UHGV virus genome: UHGV-1440165
DNA length: 64,000 bases
Direction: 5' to 3' (one strand)
Origin: a virus
The position numbers and the translations under genes were made by a program. Under the pieces are notes generated by a model that was not told where the DNA came from, did not search any database, and saw only the letters and a program-made list of their open reading frames with translations. Positions 54,401 to 63,728 of the stretch are shown here, piece by piece. How positions within the stretch are numbered: position 1 is the first letter of the stretch; each line of letters starts with the position of its first letter.

Positions 54401-56320
54401 TGCAGCGGAATTCAACGTGGATGGATAGTAACCCGCATCGCGCTGCCCGCCGTCCAGGGTAAATCTGTTGGTCACATCGGCGCCAGTAGAGTCTTTCACA
54501 CTGATAAGTTTGTACCCGTCCAGGTTAGTCAGAGCCACAGACGTGGAAGAAGTGAAGGTCACTGTTTGAGTCACTTCAGTCACTGTCTTGGTTTTGATGT
54601 TTGCCGTCGTGCGCACCATCATCGCCAGAAGGCTGATCGTCTGGTTGGCATAACTCGCACCCAAGGAAATCTGCAGAGCAGAACCCACCGGAGTACCAGT
54701 CAGTGCCAGGCCAGAGGAAATGTCGAACTGAGCTGTCGTGCCGTCTGCTTTTGCTGCAGAGTACAGAGAAAATTCAGGACTGAAGCTGTATCCCAGAGGA
54801 GCAGAAATCGAACCGGAGCCAGTTGCGCCCAGAGTAACCTTGTAGGTGCGCAGAACCGAATAGTTGATGTCGATCACACCGCTCGGAGCAAGGGTCTTAA
54901 CACCGCTCACAGGCAGAGGGAACACCAGATCGATTGAAGAACTCTGAGAGAACTGGTTCGACTCCAGGTCTGCAGAGAACATGGTTGTGCCACTTTCTTC
55001 ATAAGCGATCTTGGTCACAGTGGACATGTCACCAGTCACCGTCAGGTCACGCAGGTAAAGTTTGAATTCTGTACCAGTACGTTCGGCCGAGATACACAGA
55101 GCAGTTGCCTGAAGGACGCTGGAGGCGTTCAGGAGCTTGTAACGGATAGTGCGTGAGATAACCGGGACGCCCTTGGAGTTCTTGGACACCAGATAGTTCC
55201 CGGTTGCCACAGCCACAGGCGTGTTGTTCAGTACTTCAGTGTCACGGGCTTTGTCGACGTTCACCAGGACTTCACCCAGGTTTTCGATACGACGACCACG
55301 AACATAGGAGACCCCCGGCTTCATAACAGCCACGAACTTGCTTGAATCACCACCTTCGGCTGGGGTATACACGCCGCCGTTGTTGTTCTGTTTCAGGTGT
55401 TCGCGCAGGTCGATCTGGTGCGGAGAAACGTTGTAGTCACCTGATTCTTCATAGGTGCGCTGCGCCATCGTGTCTTCGAGGATATTGTAGGTGGACTGTG
55501 TCACCATGGACTGAATACGCCCATCTTTGACCTTAGCCAGTTCCACAAAGTCCGGCACTTGTTCATCGTAGCCGAAAGCCTGGAGAACCATATCGATACG
55601 GAGACGATGCGCGCCCGGCGCTTTGGAGTTCGGAGTACCCTGAGCATTGGAGTACAAACTCTCATCTTCTGCTTCGGTGACGATGGTCTCGGTTACTTTG
55701 AACCCAACTCGATGTGAAGACGTGTTGGATGTCTTGTCCACGATTAGAGTTGCTGGCTCAACGTCCAGGAACATACCACGAACAAAGTACACGCCACGAG
55801 TCATGCGCGCAACAATAGAACCGCCGACAGTGGCAGCAACACCATAACCGATGCGAATAAAGTTATTGTTGACGTCATAGGTGTTGAAGTACAGGTTGTC
55901 ACCAGCTTCGAAGCCGTCAGAGTTCCCGCTTTCGGTCATCTCCAGAATGGCGTACATCGTGTCTGGTTCAGTAACATAGCGCTCCAGGGACAAGACGCGA
56001 GCCTTCGCATTGTTGTCCTTACCCAGGACATACAACTCCGGGATGTTTTCCAGATCAGTGAATTCAGTACCGCCTGCCAGAGTGAACTTCATGGATACCG
56101 CAGAGTTCGTGATCGTCAGGCCGCCGGGGATAACCATTGATCCGTCTTTGAACAGATGATTCCCAAGTTTCTCCAACTGGTCTTGGAAGATGGTCTGCAT
56201 CTGGTTCAGTTCGCGAGTCTGGATTTTGACCGGAGCTGGACGGAATAAGATGCGTGAAAAACGCTTCTCAGGGTTCCAGTCATCCCAGTATGGGCGACGG
56301 TTTAGATTCATTTCTTGCAT
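51497..56320 (-). CDS. Giant virion structural protein (1607 aa), putative tail/baseplate or adhesin component
   Basis: Single uninterrupted ORF with ATG start and upstream late-promoter-like motif; T/S/G/N-rich composition typical of fibre or baseplate proteins; no specific motif recognised. Confidence 0.55.
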   Translation of the reverse strand: MQEMNLNRRPYWDDWNPEKRFSRILFRPAPVKIQTRELNQMQTIFQDQLEKLGNHLFKDGSMVIPGGLTITNSAVSMKFTLAGGTEFTDLENIPELYVLGKDNNAKARVLSLERYVTEPDTMYAILEMTESGNSDGFEAGDNLYFNTYDVNNNFIRIGYGVAATVGGSIVARMTRGVYFVRGMFLDVEPATLIVDKTSNTSSHRVGFKVTETIVTEAEDESLYSNAQGTPNSKAPGAHRLRIDMVLQAFGYDEQVPDFVELAKVKDGRIQSMVTQSTYNILEDTMAQRTYEESGDYNVSPHQIDLREHLKQNNNGGVYTPAEGGDSSKFVAVMKPGVSYVRGRRIENLGEVLVNVDKARDTEVLNNTPVAVATGNYLVSKNSKGVPVISRTIRYKLLNASSVLQATALCISAERTGTEFKLYLRDLTVTGDMSTVTKIAYEESGTTMFSADLESNQFSQSSSIDLVFPLPVSGVKTLAPSGVIDINYSVLRTYKVTLGATGSGSISAPLGYSFSPEFSLYSAAKADGTTAQFDISSGLALTGTPVGSALQISLGASYANQTISLLAMMVRTTANIKTKTVTEVTQTVTFTSSTSVALTNLDGYKLISVKDSTGADVTNRFTLDGGQRDAGYYPSTLNSAAGAISGTFTVVYSYFAHSAGDFFSADSYSSIDYQDIPTYTSRTSGTVYSLADSLDFRPKIANGTSDTDMVRPNTAVILDTEYYLPRIDAVYLAENGVFNIARGISSNNLAAPAIPDNAMRLYEMLIPPYTADIDDIQIRTVDNRRYTMRDIGKLETRISNVEYYTSLSQLESSAMTQQVFDPITGNPRFKNGIAADPFKDFRLIDDLSSDWMGSVDTDNGRLRPFTQQNAVDLTPVNWDKVMDGMVVCRYTPEISVNQEYATTTINVNPYAVFNWEGYIKLNPTTDYWFENYYVAPRVINETINTRGAIQPGSVYGTWKTSSTTEYQTQVGKWGYRYRTTVSTRDVITYTYTDTTTTTMTGEQIVETQVIPYMRQSDIAFEGSGLRPFTQMYAFFSNRAVSAFCKPESGNFGDPLMTDASGTVKGVFRVPVTETDRFNTGDNVFRLTDSPVDSKSADDTLTNAEIVHKSFGKKQGIQKTYLNTRVLGYTASSSTETTSNTELIKKWKDPIAQSFMVQSSVGGEYIEGVEVFLSTKSRDVPITLEIREMSNGLPSNSVITRKTLTPDQVNVSNNSETATKFTFDYPVYLQAGTEFAIVLLANTQDYNAYIAEMGKKNLLSNEYIAKQPYTGVFFTSSNGSTWSPNQMADLKFRVYRANFNAGANIVTFDVKAGPKPRPLGLNELNCTSGASTIVIDAIGHGLVAGNSVTLSGLTGGCGFTPEQLNKTHVVTDAAFSNFTIDVGAAATSSGQIGGDDASYLGNYLVDMFYGSATNSALEGSILKLEYRYRDATSNSMSDWIEFESETNVYLPTEGIYRQVGDFQVRATMTRSESNNFVAPMVDGDDFTVVFNTFGVDPFEDVFRYITKDVGFDNPCSTIKLYFGAMLPSQSTMAVQVKLLRAGQDMDSVAWETVTPLSPLVNDGSTFFEYEYDKTVSATNPFVAVKVRALVRGNRVAPPSFKDFRLIALA

Positions 56321-56353
56321 TTTGATGCTCCATCGATAGGTGCCATTATAGAG

Positions 56354-56360
56354 ATATTTA
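56354..56360 (-). promoter_or_regulatory. Late-promoter-like motif (TACTAAATATCTC)
   Basis: About 34 nt upstream of the giant ORF start. Confidence 0.45.
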
Positions 56361-56416
56361 GTATACAGCCAACCGAGGAATAGAAAGAAATAAGCCCTCC
56401 GAAGAGGGCTTAGTTT

Positions 56417-56896
56417 TCATGTCGTACTCCATTGAGACACCCTGATAAGCCATGCAGACACACCCAAACCTCCGGTGGTGGTGGGCGTTTGTCCTGGGTC
56501 GACTGTCTTTGGAAGTGAGCCGCCCCAACGATATAAAGAAGTTCCGTCGCTGACGACTTCGTTTTTCACGCGAATGGTGAATCCAGAAGTGAAATCTTCA
56601 GTCAGAACCACGAACTCTTCCCGAAGCACGGCGAGTGCTCCGAGATCTATAGTTCCTGCAGAGTGCACAAGAACTCCATCTATCAGGCTGGTGATGGTAG
56701 CGCCAGCGGGCAGGTTAGAAGGCAATGCATAGGAGCGCTGAGACACCTTATCGTAGATCACCTTGTAACCAGTCAGGGTGGATCCTGGTTTAGCATACAG
56801 AACCTCGGACTTCTTGCACCCGAACTTGCGTGCAATAGAGTCCTTGTTGGTCTCTTTCGAGACCGCACCTTTCGGCTGTGAAAATTGCGGATTCAT
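56417..56896 (-). CDS. Hypothetical structural protein
   Basis: 159 aa, ATG start; between tailspike genes and the giant ORF. Confidence 0.4.
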   Translation of the reverse strand: MNPQFSQPKGAVSKETNKDSIARKFGCKKSEVLYAKPGSTLTGYKVIYDKVSQRSYALPSNLPAGATITSLIDGVLVHSAGTIDLGALAVLREEFVVLTEDFTSGFTIRVKNEVVSDGTSLYRWGGSLPKTVDPGQTPTTTGGLGVSAWLIRVSQWSTT

Positions 56897-57058
56897 AACG
56901 AATCTCCTGTTGTTCTCAATATCGTGAATGATAACTCATTAATGTGTAAAACTCAAATGCGAAACGCCGGACTACGGCAGCAACGTGACGCGGCGAATGC
57001 ACAACTGGATTTTATTCTAAGTAAAAGTACAGAGCCGTAGCCCCGTACTTTGAATTGT

Positions 57059-59497
57059 TTACCAAGACCAAAGATTACCATTGGTATCACAGTTTCCAGT
57101 AGCAACAACCTTAGTCAGACCAGAACCACCCCTAGTCTGGAAGATGTTACCAGTAAGGTTAACAAGTGAGGTGTTTCCATAAGATATATTAATATCTTCA
57201 GAATACCCATAAACTATATTAGCTGACACAGTTGCAATTGCACGGCTATCCGAGTTTGTATTATCCAACCTGATACCATACTGACCAGGTGATACTGATG
57301 CATGTACAATCTGGTTGTTACTGATATTAACGTTACCAACGCTGCGAATATTACCAACAGTAAGAGCGGTATATGCCCCAGGAGTTGGTGCAGTAAACAG
57401 CATTTGATTGCCATTAAAGGAAAACCACCGCAAGCCTTGGGTTGTTGTGGTATTGGTAGTTGTTGTAACTTGGATGTTTTCAAACTGGTTATTATCAATC
57501 TTAACAGTTGCACAGGATTTAATGTGCAGAATTGCCTGCTTATTAAATGAAGTAAACTTGTTATTGACAAAGCTAACTGAAGTTAGTACATCTTGGTCTT
57601 GTTCATAATAAATACCACCAATTGATGTATACTCTGATGGGTTATTAAGAACAGCCGTGTTACCATCAAAGATAACACCCTTGCAAAGACCAATAGCAAC
57701 TAAGCAACCATTTAGTGCATCCTTGGTGTTATTACCTACAGCTACAGAATCAGTACAACTCTCAAAGTCAATGCACACATCTTTGCAGCCATCAACAGCG
57801 TTGCCAGTGATAGTAACCCTATCACCCATAGCACCCCAAATGCCACCTACGGCATTACGTACAGTGTTACCAGAGATTGTTACGTCATTACACTTACGAG
57901 GCTTAGTCATGTCATAGCCCTCATCTGCTTTAAGTGCATCTCCACCAACGAACTGGATACCTTCCTTGTGACCATCAATGTAATTACCGCTAATACGCGC
58001 CATCTTTGCATATGCAGTATAGATTGCAGCTGGTCTGAATGGCGCCCCAAGCACACCATCACCACTACCATAAGACTGACAGTTTACAACTTCAATGTTA
58101 GTACAGTAATCTGCATCCGTTGTAATAAGTGGATATGCACTACCAGCACCAAATCCAATATCATGTGCAATCATGGGGTTTGGACACTTACGAGACTTAG
58201 TAGAGAATAGCGCCATTATCACAGAGACACAGTTACGCATTGAAACATTGTTACAGGAGACTAAGTTAACAGCTGGTGCAAGTGATACACTAGATGCGGC
58301 ATCAAACCTAAGACCTTTAAAAACTATGTTAGATTTCTCAATACCTGTAAATACAGCTTGCCCCTCTTTATCAAGCGTCACCTTGATAATGGCATTATTA
58401 CCACTATGTATCTGGTTAGATTCGAGCATAAGTACACCAGAGTCAACAAGATAAGTACCAGCTGGGTAATCTATCTTGCGTGCACCAGATAATATTGCAG
58501 ATTGAAGGGCTGCGGTATCATTTGTAACACCATCACCGATAGCCCCAAAGTCACGAATGCTGATCGTCTCCAGTAGTTTGTCATGAACTGTACGTGAGAC
58601 GGCACTTGCTAACGGCTGTTTCATCCCTATCAGGGCATCACCTAATACAACGTTAGTAGTGTCCACAAGGTCGTCGCGTAGGTTAGGGTCAGTTTGCGGA
58701 ATCCAATCCGCAGTACCGACCGGGTTAGCCCCTGCGGCTATGACGTGCGGCAACGTCCCGGCCCATGAGTACCACGTCTTACTCACAGGGTCATACACTA
58801 CCTTATTACGGTCGTTAACACCGAGTGTACCTCCAGTATAGAATGTAAACCCAGCGTCAGTGTAGCCATTTTCAATCGCCCAATTAAGTTTTAATTTAAC
58901 CAAGTCAGTATCAATATCATTAAGTTCTTCCTGTACAGTTTGACCGGAAGACGTACCAATCAGACTTGCGCCTCCATCGGAAGAGAGCGCCAGGTAATTC
59001 TGCTTAATGGACATTTCTGCCACGACCCAAACTCCAGCCGCAGGCGAACCTGTGAGGAAACTCACAACTCCTGTTGTGCTGTTGTAGCTGTAGTTGACGC
59101 CAGGAACCTGGAACCGCCCATCGACGTACAGGGACTGCACCCCATAAGATGTGAAGTCTGGGGTGAATGAGGTCTCGTTGCCAACGGCCTGGAATTTGTA
59201 GATGCGGATCCCGTTTTCATAATCTTCTGGGGACAGGATCTTGTCAAACAGACAGTACACTACATCATCAGCCTCCAGCGCTCGACCGAGGTTGACTGTG
59301 TTGCCATCGATTTCGTAATTGTCTACGGGAACCTGAACTCCACCATTGATGGTGATGAAGCCTGTAACGGGATAGAACGGGAGGGAGATAAACGTCTCTC
59401 CACCCGTTGCTGTGTAAGTGTATGGAATCTGGTGCGGGGCTGTTACAACCGCTCCAAAGATGCTCTCGACGTTTCTGGTCATTTGAAGATACCCCAT
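57059..59497 (-). CDS. Tailspike protein with pectate-lyase-type right-handed beta-helix (putative depolymerase)
   Basis: 812 aa; IRDFGAIGDGVTNDTAALQSAI (about 58493..58558) is the hallmark N-terminal motif of pectate-lyase-superfamily beta-helices; N/T/G-rich repeats downstream. Confidence 0.7.
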   Translation of the reverse strand: MGYLQMTRNVESIFGAVVTAPHQIPYTYTATGGETFISLPFYPVTGFITINGGVQVPVDNYEIDGNTVNLGRALEADDVVYCLFDKILSPEDYENGIRIYKFQAVGNETSFTPDFTSYGVQSLYVDGRFQVPGVNYSYNSTTGVVSFLTGSPAAGVWVVAEMSIKQNYLALSSDGGASLIGTSSGQTVQEELNDIDTDLVKLKLNWAIENGYTDAGFTFYTGGTLGVNDRNKVVYDPVSKTWYSWAGTLPHVIAAGANPVGTADWIPQTDPNLRDDLVDTTNVVLGDALIGMKQPLASAVSRTVHDKLLETISIRDFGAIGDGVTNDTAALQSAILSGARKIDYPAGTYLVDSGVLMLESNQIHSGNNAIIKVTLDKEGQAVFTGIEKSNIVFKGLRFDAASSVSLAPAVNLVSCNNVSMRNCVSVIMALFSTKSRKCPNPMIAHDIGFGAGSAYPLITTDADYCTNIEVVNCQSYGSGDGVLGAPFRPAAIYTAYAKMARISGNYIDGHKEGIQFVGGDALKADEGYDMTKPRKCNDVTISGNTVRNAVGGIWGAMGDRVTITGNAVDGCKDVCIDFESCTDSVAVGNNTKDALNGCLVAIGLCKGVIFDGNTAVLNNPSEYTSIGGIYYEQDQDVLTSVSFVNNKFTSFNKQAILHIKSCATVKIDNNQFENIQVTTTTNTTTTQGLRWFSFNGNQMLFTAPTPGAYTALTVGNIRSVGNVNISNNQIVHASVSPGQYGIRLDNTNSDSRAIATVSANIVYGYSEDINISYGNTSLVNLTGNIFQTRGGSGLTKVVATGNCDTNGNLWSW

Positions 59498-59518
59498 AGA
59501 GGATTTGCCAATATGGGG

Positions 59519-59525
59519 TATTTAG
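59519..59525 (-). promoter_or_regulatory. Late-promoter-like motif (GACTAAATACCCC)
   Basis: About 22 nt upstream of the 59497 start. Confidence 0.45.
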
Positions 59526-59549
59526 TCTAAAGAACGATTTGTAGATTTA

Positions 59550-62504
59550 TCAAATTATGCAATAACTAATAACCCCAATTGCTGTAGATGCGGCATCATT
59601 TGCATTCATTGCAATCATCACATTAAGTCCAGAACCTACGTTCTCTCGGCTCAGTATTACTTCACCTTCTCGCCCAAAATCGCTTTTTATAACAACAGGC
59701 GAGGATGGGTTATTTACATTGTTGATGGTTATTGAAGCGCTTACTTGTGTGTTTCCTGATGCAGCATTTGTCGGTACGGACACAATGTTATATTTAATGT
59801 AACATTGATGTCCATATGGAACGTTGAAAAAACCAACGTTCTTAGAGACATCACCAGTAACAGCTGTGTTTAATGTAACCTTCCCATCTTCTTTGAAGCC
59901 ATTGTAACCTTTCCAATCTGATTCAATCATACTGAAAGGAACTGGTCCGAGTTTTCCATCAGTACCAGAGTAACAGTTACTGCTAGAGAAGATGAACTGG
60001 CGTGAGTCAAATTCAGCAGGTCCAGTAGGTGCCTGGATATATAGAACCTTATTTTTAGTTTGAGCGAATCCATTACCAGTAATTAACAGTGGGAATGGGA
60101 AACCTCCACTTAGTGCTGTTGTTGATTTCTGCACCCAGATATCATATCCATTGAACAGGAAGCAGTTACCAATAATGGTCTTAGAGCCTTCTGAGGCCGG
60201 ATTGCCCACAGATGCCGGGATAGTGAAGTTAACCCCAATAGGGTTATTTTCAATCTGTGAACCACTCATATAGAAACTGGTATTCCACCCCGCAACAATA
60301 CCCACTGTTGTGTTTTCTGAAATGGTGCAGCCAATAATCGACTGAGAGCCAGCAAAGGAAAACTCGCTGAGTGATAAGCCACGACCGTTAAGAACGAACT
60401 CACACCCAAAGAAACGGTTTTGGTCAGAACCACCTTCGGCAGAGCCATCTACCTTATCGATGTTACAGCCCGTGGAGCACCACAGGGCGTGCACGTTATA
60501 GAAGTTGTTGAGGTAAACAACACCCGCTAACTTAATACCAAAATCAAAATAACGGATATGAAGACCACTGAAGTTGTTCTCACGAACATGGAAAACTCCG
60601 GCATTCACCGTTTCGTCAACAGATACCCCACAGTACCCATTAACGTTAAGATCTGGCCCCTCTAACATCAAATCCTGTATTTTTACACCAGTTATCCCAT
60701 AATCGAATCGATATCCATCTAGCACAGGCACCAGTTTAAAAATGTCATTATGACCCACTGCCTTAAAGCATGGCATCTGTTTACGAGCTACGGTGGATCC
60801 GCCGTCACCAACAATTTTGATTGGCTTGTTGATGGTGATCGCAGATGAAATCTTATACATAGACTTTGGTGTAGGCACGATGAGCGTACCACCCCACGGG
60901 GTAGCATCAACAGCAGCCTGGGTTGCTGCCGTATCATCAGTACTACCATCACCAGTGGCAAACCAACCAAGGTTAACAGCACCAACTGTTTGGCGTTTCC
61001 AACGTAAACCTGTAGTGTCTACTAAGATGGTCCCCCCATTATCAGCAGAAGTCGCATCAGTGGGGTCGGATTCAAAGATACCAAATCCGCCATCGTATTT
61101 ATTAACCTTTCCTAGACTGTAAACTCGACCATTAACTGGATTTGTATTGGCACGAACATCTGCATAATTGGCAGCACCAATCAAACCAAACCCCAATTTT
61201 CCTGCCAGATTTTTTCTCAACTCGGTTGCCGAGTCGGCAACATCCAAAAGAGTGACTGTCGTGTTCGTACTGCCAACGACATATGTCAGCTGATTACCAG
61301 AGACACTCACAATAGATGCCGTGGTTGGGATGCCCGCTGGGAGTCCCCAAGATTTCTGCGCGACCACGTCATAGATGACGGTCTTACCATTCAGCTTGGT
61401 GATCGTATCAGAACTGAGGATCACCTGAGAGACAGGCACGTTAGCTGCCCGAGCAACTTCATTTGGGGTACGGTCAATCTGGTTGTACAGGGTCGGATCA
61501 CCGTTGATGACAACAACCACTTCATCACCCGCATCCAGCTCATCCGCAAGTGTGATCAGCTTCGTCGTGGAATTATACTGGAACCCAAGATTCTTTTGCT
61601 GGCGTGTGCCGTTGATAAAGATCTCAGACACTTCTTCTGCGTCGACGTCCAGTGTAATTGTTGTCTCGCCGCCTACCGCCGAGCCAGAGTTGTACACCCA
61701 AGTGATGACAGTACCGCCGCCGGAACCACTACCGCCTGCTCCGAGTTGGATAGGGACATACTGGATGATCTGCAATTCTGAACCAGAGGTCAGAGCTGGG
61801 CTGAAATTAACATTGTAGCCATCCAGGGAATACTTGGAATCCAGCAGGCGCTTGCCATCGACGTAGACATCAACGATAGATGGCTGGGTCGCCAGCGTCA
61901 CCTGAGTCGTGTCGGTGGCCAGGGTTGTGGTGAAGATTGTACGGCTGTACACGCGCCCTTGCCCCAGACCAACTCCAGCAGTGACGATCCAACCACGAGC
62001 ATCACCAGACCAGGTGAAAGTGGCAGACACGCTATCCGTGGATAATGTCATCGGTTCAGTAGAACCATAGATGGCATAACCGTTCGGATCGATGGTGAGA
62101 GGATAGACGGAGAATTTACCGTACAGGTCGCATACAGTAACAGAGTCGCCAACGCGCGTAGGATCCGGAAACACCACCGTAGAGACGCCGGAAGAGTTAT
62201 CCACCAGATAGCCCCGCCCTTCAGCCAAAGTTGCCGTAGAGGCATGAGGAAGCACTTCCCAGCGGATACCTCCACCACCCAGAGGTAGCCAACCCCCGTT
62301 CTCGTAATAACCTTCGAATTCGTCGGACGCAGAATTGTATCGAACAGCGGAAGGAAGACCATCCACAGCATCACCTTCAGGGACGGTCATCACCGCATCC
62401 GGTCCATGTTCGATGATACCAGTGTTGAGGACACCAGCCAGTTTAGATTGCTCAGCAGTTTCAAGCCCGAGAGGGAAAATCGGCTGTGTTGGTTTGTTAG
62501 CCAT
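59550..62504 (-). CDS. Tailspike protein with pectate-lyase-type beta-helix (second, distinct)
   Basis: 984 aa; VNLGWFATGDGSTDDTAATQAAVDA motif mid-protein; long N-terminal region preceding the beta-helix. Confidence 0.7.
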   Translation of the reverse strand: MANKPTQPIFPLGLETAEQSKLAGVLNTGIIEHGPDAVMTVPEGDAVDGLPSAVRYNSASDEFEGYYENGGWLPLGGGGIRWEVLPHASTATLAEGRGYLVDNSSGVSTVVFPDPTRVGDSVTVCDLYGKFSVYPLTIDPNGYAIYGSTEPMTLSTDSVSATFTWSGDARGWIVTAGVGLGQGRVYSRTIFTTTLATDTTQVTLATQPSIVDVYVDGKRLLDSKYSLDGYNVNFSPALTSGSELQIIQYVPIQLGAGGSGSGGGTVITWVYNSGSAVGGETTITLDVDAEEVSEIFINGTRQQKNLGFQYNSTTKLITLADELDAGDEVVVVINGDPTLYNQIDRTPNEVARAANVPVSQVILSSDTITKLNGKTVIYDVVAQKSWGLPAGIPTTASIVSVSGNQLTYVVGSTNTTVTLLDVADSATELRKNLAGKLGFGLIGAANYADVRANTNPVNGRVYSLGKVNKYDGGFGIFESDPTDATSADNGGTILVDTTGLRWKRQTVGAVNLGWFATGDGSTDDTAATQAAVDATPWGGTLIVPTPKSMYKISSAITINKPIKIVGDGGSTVARKQMPCFKAVGHNDIFKLVPVLDGYRFDYGITGVKIQDLMLEGPDLNVNGYCGVSVDETVNAGVFHVRENNFSGLHIRYFDFGIKLAGVVYLNNFYNVHALWCSTGCNIDKVDGSAEGGSDQNRFFGCEFVLNGRGLSLSEFSFAGSQSIIGCTISENTTVGIVAGWNTSFYMSGSQIENNPIGVNFTIPASVGNPASEGSKTIIGNCFLFNGYDIWVQKSTTALSGGFPFPLLITGNGFAQTKNKVLYIQAPTGPAEFDSRQFIFSSSNCYSGTDGKLGPVPFSMIESDWKGYNGFKEDGKVTLNTAVTGDVSKNVGFFNVPYGHQCYIKYNIVSVPTNAASGNTQVSASITINNVNNPSSPVVIKSDFGREGEVILSRENVGSGLNVMIAMNANDAASTAIGVISYCII

Positions 62505-62541
62505 TTCAAATACCCCTAAATGTGTTCATGTCATCTAGGGG

Positions 62542-62548
62542 TATTTAG
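62542..62548 (-). promoter_or_regulatory. Late-promoter-like motif (AACTAAATACCCC)
   Basis: About 38 nt upstream of the 62504 start; overlaps an ACCCCTA...TAGGGGT inverted repeat. Confidence 0.45.
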
Positions 62549-62556
62549 TTTTCATT

Positions 62557-63726
62557 TTAGAAAGAAGCGACCAGATTGTAGTCTACTGTGCACGCTGTTG
62601 ATGTGTTCGCATTCGTTATTATCAGACGAAGTTTTGAAGCTACAACCGAACCCGCAAATGTGATTGTTCCAGAAGTTGATTTCTGAATCAGTAACTCAGT
62701 CTTAATAGTTCCGTCTCGAGTGATCGTGACACGATACGTATCGACAACGTTACCAGTGCCCCATTGGGCTGCAACCAATACCTGGCAAAGGTTCACCAGG
62801 TTGAAATCAGGCAATGCCGTGTTACCTGAAGCAGCGATGGTGATACCGCTCGGGTTCGTCTTACCAATCGTCACACGGGCAGCATCAGCCGCATCCAGCG
62901 CCGCCATCTTGGTGTTGTAGGTTGAGGTGTCCACCTTAGCAGCGATGCTGGCATCCAAAGACGTCATCTTCGTATTGTACGTGCTGACATCCACTTTACC
63001 GGAAGTCAGGCTAGCAATACTCGCGTCCAGTGAAGTCATCTTGGTGTTGTAGGTCGATGTGTTGACCTTGGCAGCCAGAGTTGTGTTCACAGTGTTGAAC
63101 TGAGACTGAATATCCAACATATCCGCGTCATAGTCAACAACTTTCACGTAATCATTGAATCTGTTGTCTGCAAACACGGCGTTGAAAAATGCTGTGGTAT
63201 CATACTTGACCGTGTCAACACCACTGGTCATCAACATCTGCGCTGGGGCACCAGAACCGGAATATGATGGCAAGTTGGTCCCATCGATTAAGAGTTTGTT
63301 GTACCCTCCAGGGAGCAATTCGATCCGCAGGCCGGAATTAGATCCAGCAGTGTCTTCGCTAACACCGTGTTTGCGCAGCATTGAAAGGTTGACACCATCG
63401 GTGGAATCAATCGGTTCATCCGTGATGGTCAGTTTCTTCCCCGTGGGGACACTGACACCTCCGAAAGCCCTGATCTCAGCCGCAAAGGTTTTACGACCAT
63501 TGATCGTTTGCTCGCCGCCATCAGTTCTGATAACCTTGGTGCTCAGGGTATCATTGATGGTGTCCACCGCAACCTTGAGCTGATATGTCAGATGCGAAGA
63601 TGCGGGGAATAGAGCATCATCCACCGCGAAATCGTTGGTTATATCGTTCTTGCTCACCTTCTCGTCAACAGACCCAAGAATCTGATCAATCTGCTGACCT
63701 GTGTAACGACTCAGGAAATCGGCCAT
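62557..63726 (-). CDS. Tail fibre-like protein with internal tandem repeats
   Basis: 389 aa; three tandem 21-aa repeats (STYNTKMTSLDASIA...) in the middle; T/S/N-rich. Confidence 0.5.
   Translation of the reverse strand: MADFLSRYTGQQIDQILGSVDEKVSKNDITNDFAVDDALFPASSHLTYQLKVAVDTINDTLSTKVIRTDGGEQTINGRKTFAAEIRAFGGVSVPTGKKLTITDEPIDSTDGVNLSMLRKHGVSEDTAGSNSGLRIELLPGGYNKLLIDGTNLPSYSGSGAPAQMLMTSGVDTVKYDTTAFFNAVFADNRFNDYVKVVDYDADMLDIQSQFNTVNTTLAAKVNTSTYNTKMTSLDASIASLTSGKVDVSTYNTKMTSLDASIAAKVDTSTYNTKMAALDAADAARVTIGKTNPSGITIAASGNTALPDFNLVNLCQVLVAAQWGTGNVVDTYRVTITRDGTIKTELLIQKSTSGTITFAGSVVASKLRLIITNANTSTACTVDYNLVASF
62878..63072 (-). repeat. Three tandem 63-bp in-frame repeats inside the fibre gene
   Basis: Near-identical nucleotide repeats encoding V(N/D)TSTYNTKM(T/A)(S/A)LDA... 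Confidence 0.7.
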
Positions 63727-63728
63727 TT

